A DNA stretch of 20,000 nt from an uncultured virus (IMG/VR IMGVR_UViG_2061766007_000922) (lineage: Duplodnaviria; Heunggongvirae; Uroviricota; Caudoviricetes), in IMG/VR virus record IMGVR_UViG_2061766007_000922; one strand, given 5' to 3'. This document shows, in pieces, positions 9,970 through 17,592 of the stretch (position 1 is its first letter; each line of letters starts with the position of its first letter). Position numbers and translations under genes: made by a program. The notes beneath the pieces were generated by a model. That model had not been told where the DNA came from. It saw only the letters and a list, made by a program, of their open reading frames with translations, and did not search any database.

Positions 9970-12150
9970 ATGGGTAAACGATTTAGACAACTTACACAGA
10001 CGGCAATCGATGCGGATCTTGTCGAGGGTAATTACTTCGGGGTCGATACTCCGAAAGTAACAAAGAAAGTACCGGCGAACTTGATTGCAAAGCAAAGCGC
10101 ACTCGAGACGACGAACGGCAACGTAACGTCGCTCACCACCTACTCGCAGAACGTGGCTGCGAGTATCGCCCCGCCGTTTGACCCGACGAGGAGTTACGTT
10201 GCCGGTGAAAGTTGCACATACGGAGGCACCGCATATACATTCACGTCCAATCATCCGGCTGGCGCATGGAATGGAAACGATGCTATAGCCTTCTCTACGA
10301 ACAGCTTATATGCGTTGAAGTCTAGGGCTACGACTAATCCTCGTTTCTATTGGATTAAAGAACTTTCTCTACCTTCCACAATTCCCGCCAGTTCCGTTAG
10401 CGGTATCCGTGCTTGGTGCTCTTATCCCAATAACGACAATACTGAATGGTGGACTGGCATTCAGGTAATTGCAGGAAACGAGTTCTATAATTTCTATCGT
10501 ATATTCGATAACCAAACGGATGCTTCATCTTTTGCAACATCAATTTTTGACATGGCCAATAATCATGGGCGTTTGCTTGCATTTGTTGATTGGGATGCTA
10601 TTGGAGGGGTTGGTCATAAGTTTGAACTTTCGAGAGCGATGCTTACTCCCGACTGCAACAATGTGGCTTATATGCCAACTCTGAACGAATACGAAATTGA
10701 AAAAAAAATTGAACTTGAAAACACGAATGACAAAGAGGCGATAAAGGTATATCATCTCACCCTAGCTGCTGGTGTTCCTTCTTCAAGTACCAATCGTGCA
10801 TCTAGTGGTTTTATACGCACGTACAAGAACTCTAAAATCGTTTTTCAAAACTTGCATAACATGTATGTAGGTTTTCAGATATACTACTACGATGTGCTTG
10901 GTAGGTACATTAAGAATGACACGACACACTGGACTAACGAAACTATTGACCCGAACAATTCGTTTGTTTTGGATTGCGTTGAAGATGGTTTCGTCCGTTT
11001 CTTGTTCCGTATAAGATATGACAATACTATTACCGATGAAATTATTGGGAAACTTGAAAATGGTATAAAAGCGATTGCAAAGGAAAAGATTTGGCAGAAC
11101 GGGAAGAAAAACTCGTTTGACATTTTTACGGATGTCATTGCGGATTCGTACTATTCGCAGTTTGCAGACAAGGTGAACAATTCTGCAACGACAAAACTTT
11201 TTGCGATGCAGACCGACACGCATTACTCCTATTTTAACGGCTATTCCTCGTACACACAGATTAGGCAGATGCGAAAAGCTTTAAAACTCGCCCTAGTTCC
11301 TACGATTGTTAATTTGGGCGACCTTTGCAATGGATGGTGTCCGAAGCCTTCGCATTGCTCGGATGTTATGCACGCAATTTGGGACTACTCTAAATTCGGA
11401 AATGCGTACATACAACTTGTCGGCAATCACGATGATAATTCTTGGTGGGAACAAAATTATGGTGCGAACAAGCCTGCGGGTGTTATAACTCCAGAAGAAT
11501 GGCACGATATGGCGTACAGCAAGACGAAGGACTACGGAGTGTATATGCCATATGGTAAACGTTACGGCTCTTATGACGATGTGCCAAATAAGGTTCGATA
11601 CATTTTCCTTGACACACTTGATATTGACTACACATTGCTTAATGCAGATGGCACATTGAAATATGAAGGACAATGGAAATCGGCGATTAGACAAGAACAA
11701 CTTGATTTCCTTTGTCAAGCATTGTTGACCCGTAGGGATTTCCGAATTGTCATTCTTTCGCATCACCCTCTACATTCAAATGGAGGCGTTGTCAATAGCG
11801 ACCTTGTCCGTGGAATACTTGAGGCTTACAAGAACAAGACAACATATACTGGAACATCTACCATTACCGACTTTGAGGCTTCCGTTTCTGTAGATTTTAG
11901 TGGAGATGGGACGATGGTGAACGCAAAACTTGTGGGATGCTTCAATGGTCACACACACGCAGATGCTATTGTTCTTGAAAACGGAATCAACTATGTCGGT
12001 ACTACTTGTGCCTTTGTTCCGAGTGATTCCCAAGATAGAAGCTATAGCGATGAAACAATGAATGCCTTTGATGTTGTCGCTATAACGAGTACCACATGCT
12101 ACTTGTATCGCTTCGGATATGGAAGTGACAGGTCTTTCGTTTTTGGGTAG
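9970..12150 (+). CDS. Tail appendage protein, allele C, with a C-terminal calcineurin-like metallophosphoesterase
   Basis: Intact 726 aa with all five motifs: QTDTHY (DxH), LGDLCNG, VGNHDDN, SHHP, NGHTHAD. N-terminal QNVAASIAPPFDPTRSYVAGESCTY...YTF...GAW is shared with the 5297 gene. Confidence 0.8.
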   Translation: MGKRFRQLTQTAIDADLVEGNYFGVDTPKVTKKVPANLIAKQSALETTNGNVTSLTTYSQNVAASIAPPFDPTRSYVAGESCTYGGTAYTFTSNHPAGAWNGNDAIAFSTNSLYALKSRATTNPRFYWIKELSLPSTIPASSVSGIRAWCSYPNNDNTEWWTGIQVIAGNEFYNFYRIFDNQTDASSFATSIFDMANNHGRLLAFVDWDAIGGVGHKFELSRAMLTPDCNNVAYMPTLNEYEIEKKIELENTNDKEAIKVYHLTLAAGVPSSSTNRASSGFIRTYKNSKIVFQNLHNMYVGFQIYYYDVLGRYIKNDTTHWTNETIDPNNSFVLDCVEDGFVRFLFRIRYDNTITDEIIGKLENGIKAIAKEKIWQNGKKNSFDIFTDVIADSYYSQFADKVNNSATTKLFAMQTDTHYSYFNGYSSYTQIRQMRKALKLALVPTIVNLGDLCNGWCPKPSHCSDVMHAIWDYSKFGNAYIQLVGNHDDNSWWEQNYGANKPAGVITPEEWHDMAYSKTKDYGVYMPYGKRYGSYDDVPNKVRYIFLDTLDIDYTLLNADGTLKYEGQWKSAIRQEQLDFLCQALLTRRDFRIVILSHHPLHSNGGVVNSDLVRGILEAYKNKTTYTGTSTITDFEASVSVDFSGDGTMVNAKLVGCFNGHTHADAIVLENGINYVGTTCAFVPSDSQDRSYSDETMNAFDVVAITSTTCYLYRFGYGSDRSFVFG

Positions 12151-12208
12151 CCCAATTGAAGGACGCGACCACTAGCCCTTAGAAATTATAACATCAAGGA
12201 GACAAATT

Positions 12209-12301
12209 ATGTACAGAATAATGGCGAGATTTCCTGCGCCCTTTGGTCGAGGCGGCGGTGACTGCCCTTGCAGTGTACGCAGCCGGTGTGCAGCACTTTA
12301 A
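12209..12301 (+). CDS. Short or internally deleted counterpart of the 8211 ORF
   Basis: AAGGAG RBS, MYRIMA...CAAL*. Same position after an appendage gene and same 3' end as 8211-8468. Confidence 0.35.
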   Translation: MYRIMARFPAPFGRGGGDCPCSVRSRCAAL

Positions 12302-12349
12302 AACAAATTAACAAAGGAGAACTCCCCTATGCCTTACAANNNNNNNNNN

Positions 12350-12439
12350 AATAACACCTATCGCAGTTGGTTAATGTACTATAGGGGCTCTTTCAGCACC
12401 AGCGCCTTCGACGTTAGTTATAGGAGCTGCGCGGTTGCG
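12350..12439 (+). repeat. DGR variable region (VR), visible part
   Basis: Aligns without gaps to 13016-13105 with 18 mismatches, all at TR adenines. Confidence 0.95.
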
Positions 12440-12454
12440 CTCTTGGAATATTGA
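12350..12454 (+). CDS. 3' end of the DGR target gene (C-type-lectin-like C-terminus); the rest is in the gap
   Basis: NNTYRSWLMYYRGSFSTSAFDVSYRSCAVALLEY*, TGA at 12452-12454. The W...G...R-x-x-A-V pattern resembles DGR CLec target C-termini. Confidence 0.85.
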   Translation, partial: NNTYRSWLMYYRGSFSTSAFDVSYRSCAVALLEY

Positions 12455-12468
12455 TTATTAACTTATTT

Positions 12469-12488
12469 GCAATCCCTTACGGGATTGC
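12469..12488. promoter_or_regulatory. DGR target-recognition hairpin/cruciform downstream of the VR/IMH
   Basis: GCAATCCC-TTAC-GGGATTGC: perfect 8-bp stem with a 4-nt loop (GTAA on the - strand), starting 14 nt after the target stop codon. Confidence 0.8.
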
Positions 12489-12498
12489 GGAGCTTAAT

Positions 12499-12969
12499 AT
12501 GAACAAGGACTACAAGGCAAAGCTTCTAGAAAAAGCTGGAATTTATGTAGACTGTTGCCAGCTTCTCAAGTGCGTGTACAAGTTGCTTTTTTCAATGCCG
12601 AAGAAAGACAGGGTTATTATCGGTGACAAGATTATAGAATACAACTTGTCCATGATAGCCCACTTTTCTAAAGGGTTTCAGTTCAAGGAATGTAGGCTTG
12701 CAGAAATTGACTCGTTCCTTTTCGACTTCGCTAGGATGAAGGCTCTTTTACGCATGGCAAGCGAATTAAAGATTTTATTGCCTGCCAAGTATGTCCTATT
12801 GTTTGAATACATAGAGAGAATAGACGAAGGCGTTGCAAAGTGGCGTAATGCTTCAAATGCAACAAAGTCCATGCAGTCGCGGAATCAAACTACGTCCGCG
12901 GCTATGGGTTGTAATAATCAAGAGGTGGCTACGGATTCATTCAATCCAGTTTCGGAAGTGAGCCACTAA
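12499..12969 (+). CDS. avd: DGR accessory variability determinant (Avd-like four-helix bundle protein)
   Basis: GGAG RBS and ATG 12499, 156 aa. IY...LL...Y......MPKKDRVIIGDKI...KALLRMASELKIL...IDEGVAKWRN matches the bAvd/four-helix-bundle pattern. Lies between VR and TR. Confidence 0.85.
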   Translation: MNKDYKAKLLEKAGIYVDCCQLLKCVYKLLFSMPKKDRVIIGDKIIEYNLSMIAHFSKGFQFKECRLAEIDSFLFDFARMKALLRMASELKILLPAKYVLLFEYIERIDEGVAKWRNASNATKSMQSRNQTTSAAMGCNNQEVATDSFNPVSEVSH

Positions 12970-12985
12970 CCTTTCGCGCCGCGCG

Positions 12986-13106
12986 TTGGGTGTGTCGCGC
13001 TGGTGTTGCTCGCGTAATAACAACAATAACAGTTGGTTAATGAACAATAGGGGCAATTTCAACAACAACAACTTCAACAATAGAAATAGGAGCTGCGCGG
13101 TTGCGA
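12986..13106 (+). ncRNA. DGR template repeat (TR). 13016-13105 is alignable to the VR; the 5' boundary is inferred
   Basis: 15 of 30 codons in 13016-13105 are AAC/AAT. Ends in the GC-rich GCTGCGCGGTTGCG shared with the VR. Directly follows avd. Confidence 0.92.
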
Positions 13107-13116
13107 NNNNNNNNNN

Positions 13117-13236
13117 ATTGAACAAAAACGAAGGATGTGGCTATTTGTCGAAAAGGCTTTGTCCGAGTTCAAAAATGTATTATATTGGAATAGTGAGAAA
13201 AATTCTTTTTCGACAAAGGAACCAAAGCACTCATGA
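13117..13236 (+). CDS. 3' end of a gene after the gap; candidate C-terminus of the DGR reverse transcriptase
   Basis: IEQKRRMWLFVEKALSEFKNVLYWNSEKNSFSTKEPKHS*. Called on position (after TR) only; no catalytic motif is seen. Confidence 0.35.
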   Translation: MEQKRRMWLFVEKALSEFKNVLYWNSEKNSFSTKEPKHS

Positions 13237-13282
13237 CATCGAAATTATAACTACCATTATCGCATACATCGGAGAACTTATT

Positions 13283-13567
13283 ATGTCCAATTCCAACGAA
13301 AAAGAAAACGAAAAATGGAGAAAATTCCTCCAGCCAATCATCACCGGCCTTGTAGCCATGATGACCGCTGTTGTGGGCTACTTGCAGTATTTGCAGAAGC
13401 AGGAGAGCGACAGGCGCGATTCCCGCATTGCCGTTCTCGAAGTGCAGGTAGGCGAGCAGTCCAAGCGCAGCGACAAGTTCGATGTCGATATAGACAACTT
13501 CAAGACACTGCTCTCGGACATACGTTCGGACGTGTCATTTATCCGAGGGAAGATGGAGAAGCGCTGA
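13283..13567 (+). CDS. Holin-like protein (one transmembrane helix plus coiled coil)
   Basis: GGAG RBS and ATG 13283. FLQPIITGLVAMMTAVVGYL is followed by RIAVLEVQV...IRSDVSFIRGKME. Upstream of the putative lysin. Confidence 0.55.
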   Translation: MSNSNEKENEKWRKFLQPIITGLVAMMTAVVGYLQYLQKQESDRRDSRIAVLEVQVGEQSKRSDKFDVDIDNFKTLLSDIRSDVSFIRGKMEKR

Positions 13568-13659
13568 TGTGGATTATTACGTTGCTAATGGTGCTAGGTT
13601 CGCTAAACGCGGAGTTTACCGATGATAAAGAAAGCATTGATAACGGCAAACGTGATTAA
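13567..13659 (+). CDS. Small hydrophobic peptide (MWIITLLMVLGSLNAEF...)
   Basis: TGATG coupling with the upstream gene; hydrophobic N-terminus; 30 aa. Confidence 0.4.
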   Translation: MWIITLLMVLGSLNAEFTDDKESIDNGKRD

Positions 13660-13695
13660 CTTGGTCACGTTCGTTTACTTTATCTTGGAGAATTT

Positions 13696-14211
13696 ATGAA
13701 TAGAACAAAATGCACCGTCAAAAGCGTAAAGGCTTCGCCGTTCATTACAACCGCCGGGCGCCCCTTTGTATTTTTGGGCGCCGCCCGCATTTTGCTAGAA
13801 CTTGTTCGAACATATACGGACGGCACAACTGAAAAAGCGTTGCTTACCATTAAAATTCGTCCGGGCTACAAAACGGACGGGGCAAGCACATTTTTCCCGA
13901 TTTCGTTGCTTGTACCGCAATGGGTTCCGGGTGACGACAATTACAACGCCGCCCCGGTTGCTCACGATGTGTTGTACATGCTCGGCGGTATAGTCGATGG
14001 TGTACACGAGCCCGTGAAGTTAAGCCGCGAAGAAGTGGATGACATTTTGCGCGGTGTCTGGCGTTGCTGGGGAATGTCCCGCTTTGTTGCAGCGTGCGCA
14101 GACAAGGGAGTCGAGGTTTTCGCGGGCGGAAAAGATCACTGGGGCAATGATTGCTATAACGTGCGCCAATTTGTTGATGTAAAATGGGAGGTGGCTGCAT
14201 GCTCACGCTAG
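13696..14211 (+). CDS. DUF1353 family protein
   Basis: PGYKTDGAS...YNAAPVAHDVLY...SREEVDDILR. Variant 3' ends recur at 14367-14466 and 15008-15194. Confidence 0.75.
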   Translation: MNRTKCTVKSVKASPFITTAGRPFVFLGAARILLELVRTYTDGTTEKALLTIKIRPGYKTDGASTFFPISLLVPQWVPGDDNYNAAPVAHDVLYMLGGIVDGVHEPVKLSREEVDDILRGVWRCWGMSRFVAACADKGVEVFAGGKDHWGNDCYNVRQFVDVKWEVAACSR

Positions 14212-14356
14212 TACGCTATACTCGAACAGAAACGGCCATTCTAGGCTCTCTTTACCTGAATGGTGCTTTTGTCTGCTACACGCTCGAAAACGAAGCCAAG
14301 GCGATTCCGTGCGGGATGTACACGGTGCAGAACTCGAAAAGTCCGAAGTTCAAGCG
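14199..14356 (+). CDS. DUF5675 family putative lysin, variant 1 (partial)
   Basis: MLTLVRYTRTETAILGSLYLNGAFVCYTLENEAKAIPCGMY...SPKFK, cut by a gap. Confidence 0.7.
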
Positions 14357-14453
14357 NNNNNNNNNNTGAGGTTTTCGCGGGCGGAAAAGATCACTGGAAA
14401 AATGACAGTTATGGCGTGCGCCAATTTGTCGAAGTAAAATGGGAGGCTGCTTC

Positions 14454-14827
14454 ATGCTTACTCTAGTCCGCTACACTCGAACAGAAACGGCTGTTCTAGG
14501 CTCTCTTTACATGAATGGTGCTTTTGTCTGCTACACTCTAGAAAACGCAGACAAGGCGATTCCGTGCGGGATGTACACGGTGCAGAACTCGAAAAGCCCG
14601 AAGTTCAAGCGGGAATTGCCGTTGCTATTTAGCTCGAACGTTCCGCAATCACGCGGTATAAGGATACACCGCGGAAACACGGCTAAGGACTCGCAGGGGT
14701 GCGTCCTTGTTGGCATGGGGCGAAGTACAGAGAAATCCTCGGTGACTGAATCCACAAACGCCGAGGTCATGGTAACGATGCTGTGCCGTAACGAAACGAA
14801 TCTTGTCATTGTCGATAACTACAAGCA
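14454..14827 (+). CDS. DUF5675 family putative lysin (L,D-transpeptidase-like His/Cys motif), variant 2, nearly complete
   Basis: CYTLEN...AIPCGMY...SPKFKRELPLL...VP..RGIRIHRGNTAKDSQGCVLVG. Confidence 0.8.
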
Positions 14828-14837
14828 NNNNNNNNNN

Positions 14838-14997
14838 ACGAGTCCACCACAATGCGCGCCTTGCCCTTCGTCGGCTTCTGGAAACATCCAGGAATGGCAA
14901 TGGCGGCATCAAGGCCGAATCTCGAAGATACGGATGGCGCCGCGTTCTTGTCTCCGTTCTTCCACGCGGAAATATCCTGCTCCTGGAATACGAGAAG
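14838..14997 (-). CDS. Misplaced fragment of a variant Gp138-like spike gene
   Basis: Reverse complement encodes LLVFQEQDISAWKNGDKNAAPSVSSRFGLDAAIAIPGCFQKPTKGKARIVVDS, nearly identical to about 2002-2160. Flanked by N gaps. Confidence 0.8.
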
Positions 14998-15181
14998 NNN
15001 NNNNNNNCCGCGAAGAAGTGGACGACATTTTGCGCGGCATTTGGCGTTGCTGGGGAATGTCCCGCTTTGTTGCAGGGTGCGCAGACAAAGGTGTTGAAAT
15101 TTTTGCTGGTGGAAAGCAGCACTGGAAAAATGACAGTTATGGCGTGCGCCAATTTGTCGAAGCAAAATGGGAGGCGGCTGC

Positions 15182-15425
15182 ATGCTCACGCTAGTCCGCT
15201 ATACTCGAACAGAAGAGGCCATTCNNNNNNNNNNTCCGCCAAGGCGATCCCGTGCGGGATGTACACGGTGCAGAACTCGAAAAGTCCGAAGTTCAAGCGA
15301 GAGCTCCCTCTTCTGCATAACGCACAAGTTCCGGCAAGCCGTGGCATCCGCATTCACGTTGGCAACACCGTGGCGTCGAGCAGCGGCTGCGTCCTCGTTG
15401 GCATGGGCCAAAATGGAGACAGGCT
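15182..15425 (+). CDS. DUF5675 family putative lysin, variant 3 (gapped)
   Basis: MLTLVRYTRTEEAI...KAIPCGMY...RGIRIHVGNTVASSSGCVLVGMG. Confidence 0.7.
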
Positions 15426-15493
15426 NNNNNNNNNNNNNNNNNNNNNNNNNNNNNNNNNNNNNNNNNNNNNNNNNNNNNNNNNNNTACGGATAA

Positions 15494-15759
15494 ATGATAT
15501 TCACGATTCCTTACGACACGCCGAGCAAGAAGAACAGCCGCATAGTAAACAGAAGGACTGGCCGTAGCTTTCCAAGCAAGGCTTACAGCGATTGGCATGT
15601 AAGGGCTTCTCTTTGGATAAGGACGCATTACTCGATCAAGGCTTTGGGCAACGGGCCGTTCTCGGTCAGCATGGCTTTCAATCACGGCACGTTGCGCAGG
15701 TGCGACAGCGACAACAAGGCAAGCTCCATTCTGGACTTGCTTGTCGATTTGGGCGTGAT
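15494..15759 (+). CDS. rusA: RusA-like Holliday junction resolvase (3' end in gap)
   Basis: TPSKKNS...SKAYSDW...RRCDSDNKASSILDLLVDLGV fits the RusA DxDNxxxxxxDxL...G(I/V)xxDD pattern. Confidence 0.7.
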
Positions 15760-15769
15760 NNNNNNNNNN

Positions 15770-16948
15770 CTCGATGGTATTTATGCCGCAATCAGTAAAG
15801 CAGTCCGCATAATCAGAAATGGTGGCAGAAGCTTCCATCTGTTCATACATTTCCACCGCCCCGGATTCTACATTTATACATCCTTTAAACATTCTAGTTA
15901 CATCTACAGCGCTTGATGTATCAAAGAACGGAAGATTCTTCAAAGAACTACAATTACTGAAAAGTCGTTCGAAGTTTTCAACATTTCCCGTGTTTCCGAT
16001 AAATTCTACATTTCTTAAACTTGTACAATCTTCGAGCATTGATTCTATAGATAACGCACTAGACACATCTATTCTTATATACTCTAGATTTTCGCACTGT
16101 TTAAACGCCGAATTGAAATCGGTGCCATTTGAAGTTTCGTAGTCCGGAACTTCCTTCAAAGATTCACAGTTAAAAAATAGGCTGTTAAAATTAGTACACG
16201 ATGAAGTGTCTAAATCAGGAGCCGTTTCCAACGCAACACATTGGCTAAATGTTCCGTTTAAACTTTCTACGTTACCCGTATTTTTTAGAACAACTGTTTT
16301 TAACTTTGAACATCCATAAAACGCTTGGTAGCATGTTGTAACACTTGGAATATCTAGATACACACTTTCAAGGTTTGAGCAATTTCTAAACGTTGTATAT
16401 AAATTTTCTACGTTGGAAATATTACCAATGCGTACATCTTTTAATTGCGTACAATTTGTAAATGCAGCATTTAAAGATGTGCAATTTTCAAGTGAATCAA
16501 TATAAACGCTCTCAAGATTTGAGCAATACCCAGCGAAGTACGAGGTGGTTTCTACATTGTTCGCACCTGTAAGAACAATATTTTTTAGGTTCGAGCAGTC
16601 TTCGAAAAATGATATCGCGGAGCCATAAATTCCCGAGACATTCTGTAAATCGGCATTTATTAGCGAAGAATTATTATAAAATAATTCATACGCATTTAAC
16701 GAACTTTCAAAGACTTTACACCGGACACTTACAAGATTTGCGGAATCGTGAAAAGCGTTCTTAAATTCCCCGGAAGTGCTAACGCCTTCCGTGGTCCAGT
16801 CCCATTCGTTTTGGTTGCTGGACTCTACCTTTGTCCATGTGCCATGCGTTCCAACGCCTGCAACGGTCGGGTCATAATCGGGCAGGCTGAACGTAAAGCG
16901 TAAAACGTTGTCGGGGATGTCCATAATGTCCACGTAATCGACAACGAA
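15770..16948 (-). CDS. BspA/DUF285-like leucine-rich repeat region; apparently the C-terminal part of the gene starting at 17558
   Basis: About 22-23-aa repeats FxxCxxLxxV/DTSSxxxxxxMFxxC. Its N-terminal 83 nt overlap the end of the adjacent contig (16866-16948 vs 16960-17042). Confidence 0.8.
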
Positions 16949-16958
16949 NNNNNNNNNN

Positions 16959-17558
16959 AGTCGGGTCATAATCGGGCTTGCTGAACGTGAAACGTAAAAC
17001 GTTGTCGGGGATGTCCATAATGTCCACGTAATCGACAACGAACGGCATCCCGTTATCGTCATTCACGATGTAGCCGCCTTCGCCCTCTTCGGCGCAAAGG
17101 AACGTCCCACGAACAAGCGAGGCGCCGCTTGTCATGCTGTTCTTCTCAAGGTTCGACAAGTTCGCGTCCGTTCCACCGTCAAGAACGTAGTACATTTCTG
17201 CGGGCCAGTTCGGAAAAAGGCCGACTGAATCTACACCCGTGAGGAACTTTATAACCATGCGCAACGCTTCCGGCCCCGGAAGGTTCAATAGGTTCAAACC
17301 GCTTACGATCCGTTCGCGGTATTGCGTGTCGCTTTCACCCGGATTGCGCTTTACGCCGACGATTGCGCCCAAGTAGTCCAATGCGGGTCCTATGGCGTCG
17401 GCAAGGTTCAAGGCTTGCAGAATTTCAAAAAAGGCCGTCTCAAGGTCGTCAAATTGCGCCATGCAGGAATTGACGAGAGCCAGAAGTTTCTCGCTGTTCT
17501 TGTACTGTTCCGGGATGTACTTCTTGAACTCTTCCTTGTAAGGTACTATCGTTTCCAT
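16959..17558 (-). CDS. DUF2612-like baseplate wedge protein of the second phage variant (N-terminal part)
   Basis: AGGAG RBS, METIVPYKEEFKKYIPEQYKNSEKLL...DAIGPALDYLGAIVGVKR.PGESDTQYRERI...GTFLCAEEGE. Homologous to the 4628 gene. Confidence 0.8.
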
Positions 17559-17592
17559 TGCAATAAACTCCTGTAAGACTATTATCAACGAT

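Larger units (their letters stand above)
12350..13236 (+). mobile_element. Diversity-generating retroelement cassette (target VR - hairpin - avd - TR - [RT presumed in gap])
   Basis: Adenine-specific VR/TR pair, avd-like gene, hairpin, and BPP-1-like order. RT motifs are not visible. Confidence 0.9.

Noticed and set aside
13016..13090. (AAC)n microsatellite or CRISPR-like repeat
   Set aside because: There is no repeat-spacer periodicity, and the AAY runs are explained by TR codon design.
12986..13567. 193-aa ORF with an Asn-rich N-terminus in the ORF track
   Set aside because: It is a chimera across a gap. The Asn run is the DGR template repeat, and the real gene most likely starts at ATG 13283 after a GGAG RBS.
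14199..15425. Tandem triplication of DUF1353/DUF5675 lysis genes
   Set aside because: Every copy is partial and bounded by 10-N gaps, which is consistent with strain variants of one locus.
15293..17062. 589-aa - strand ORF as a single protein
   Set aside because: Only 15770-16948 is credible coding sequence. The rest crosses gaps into the antisense of the RusA-like and DUF5675 genes.
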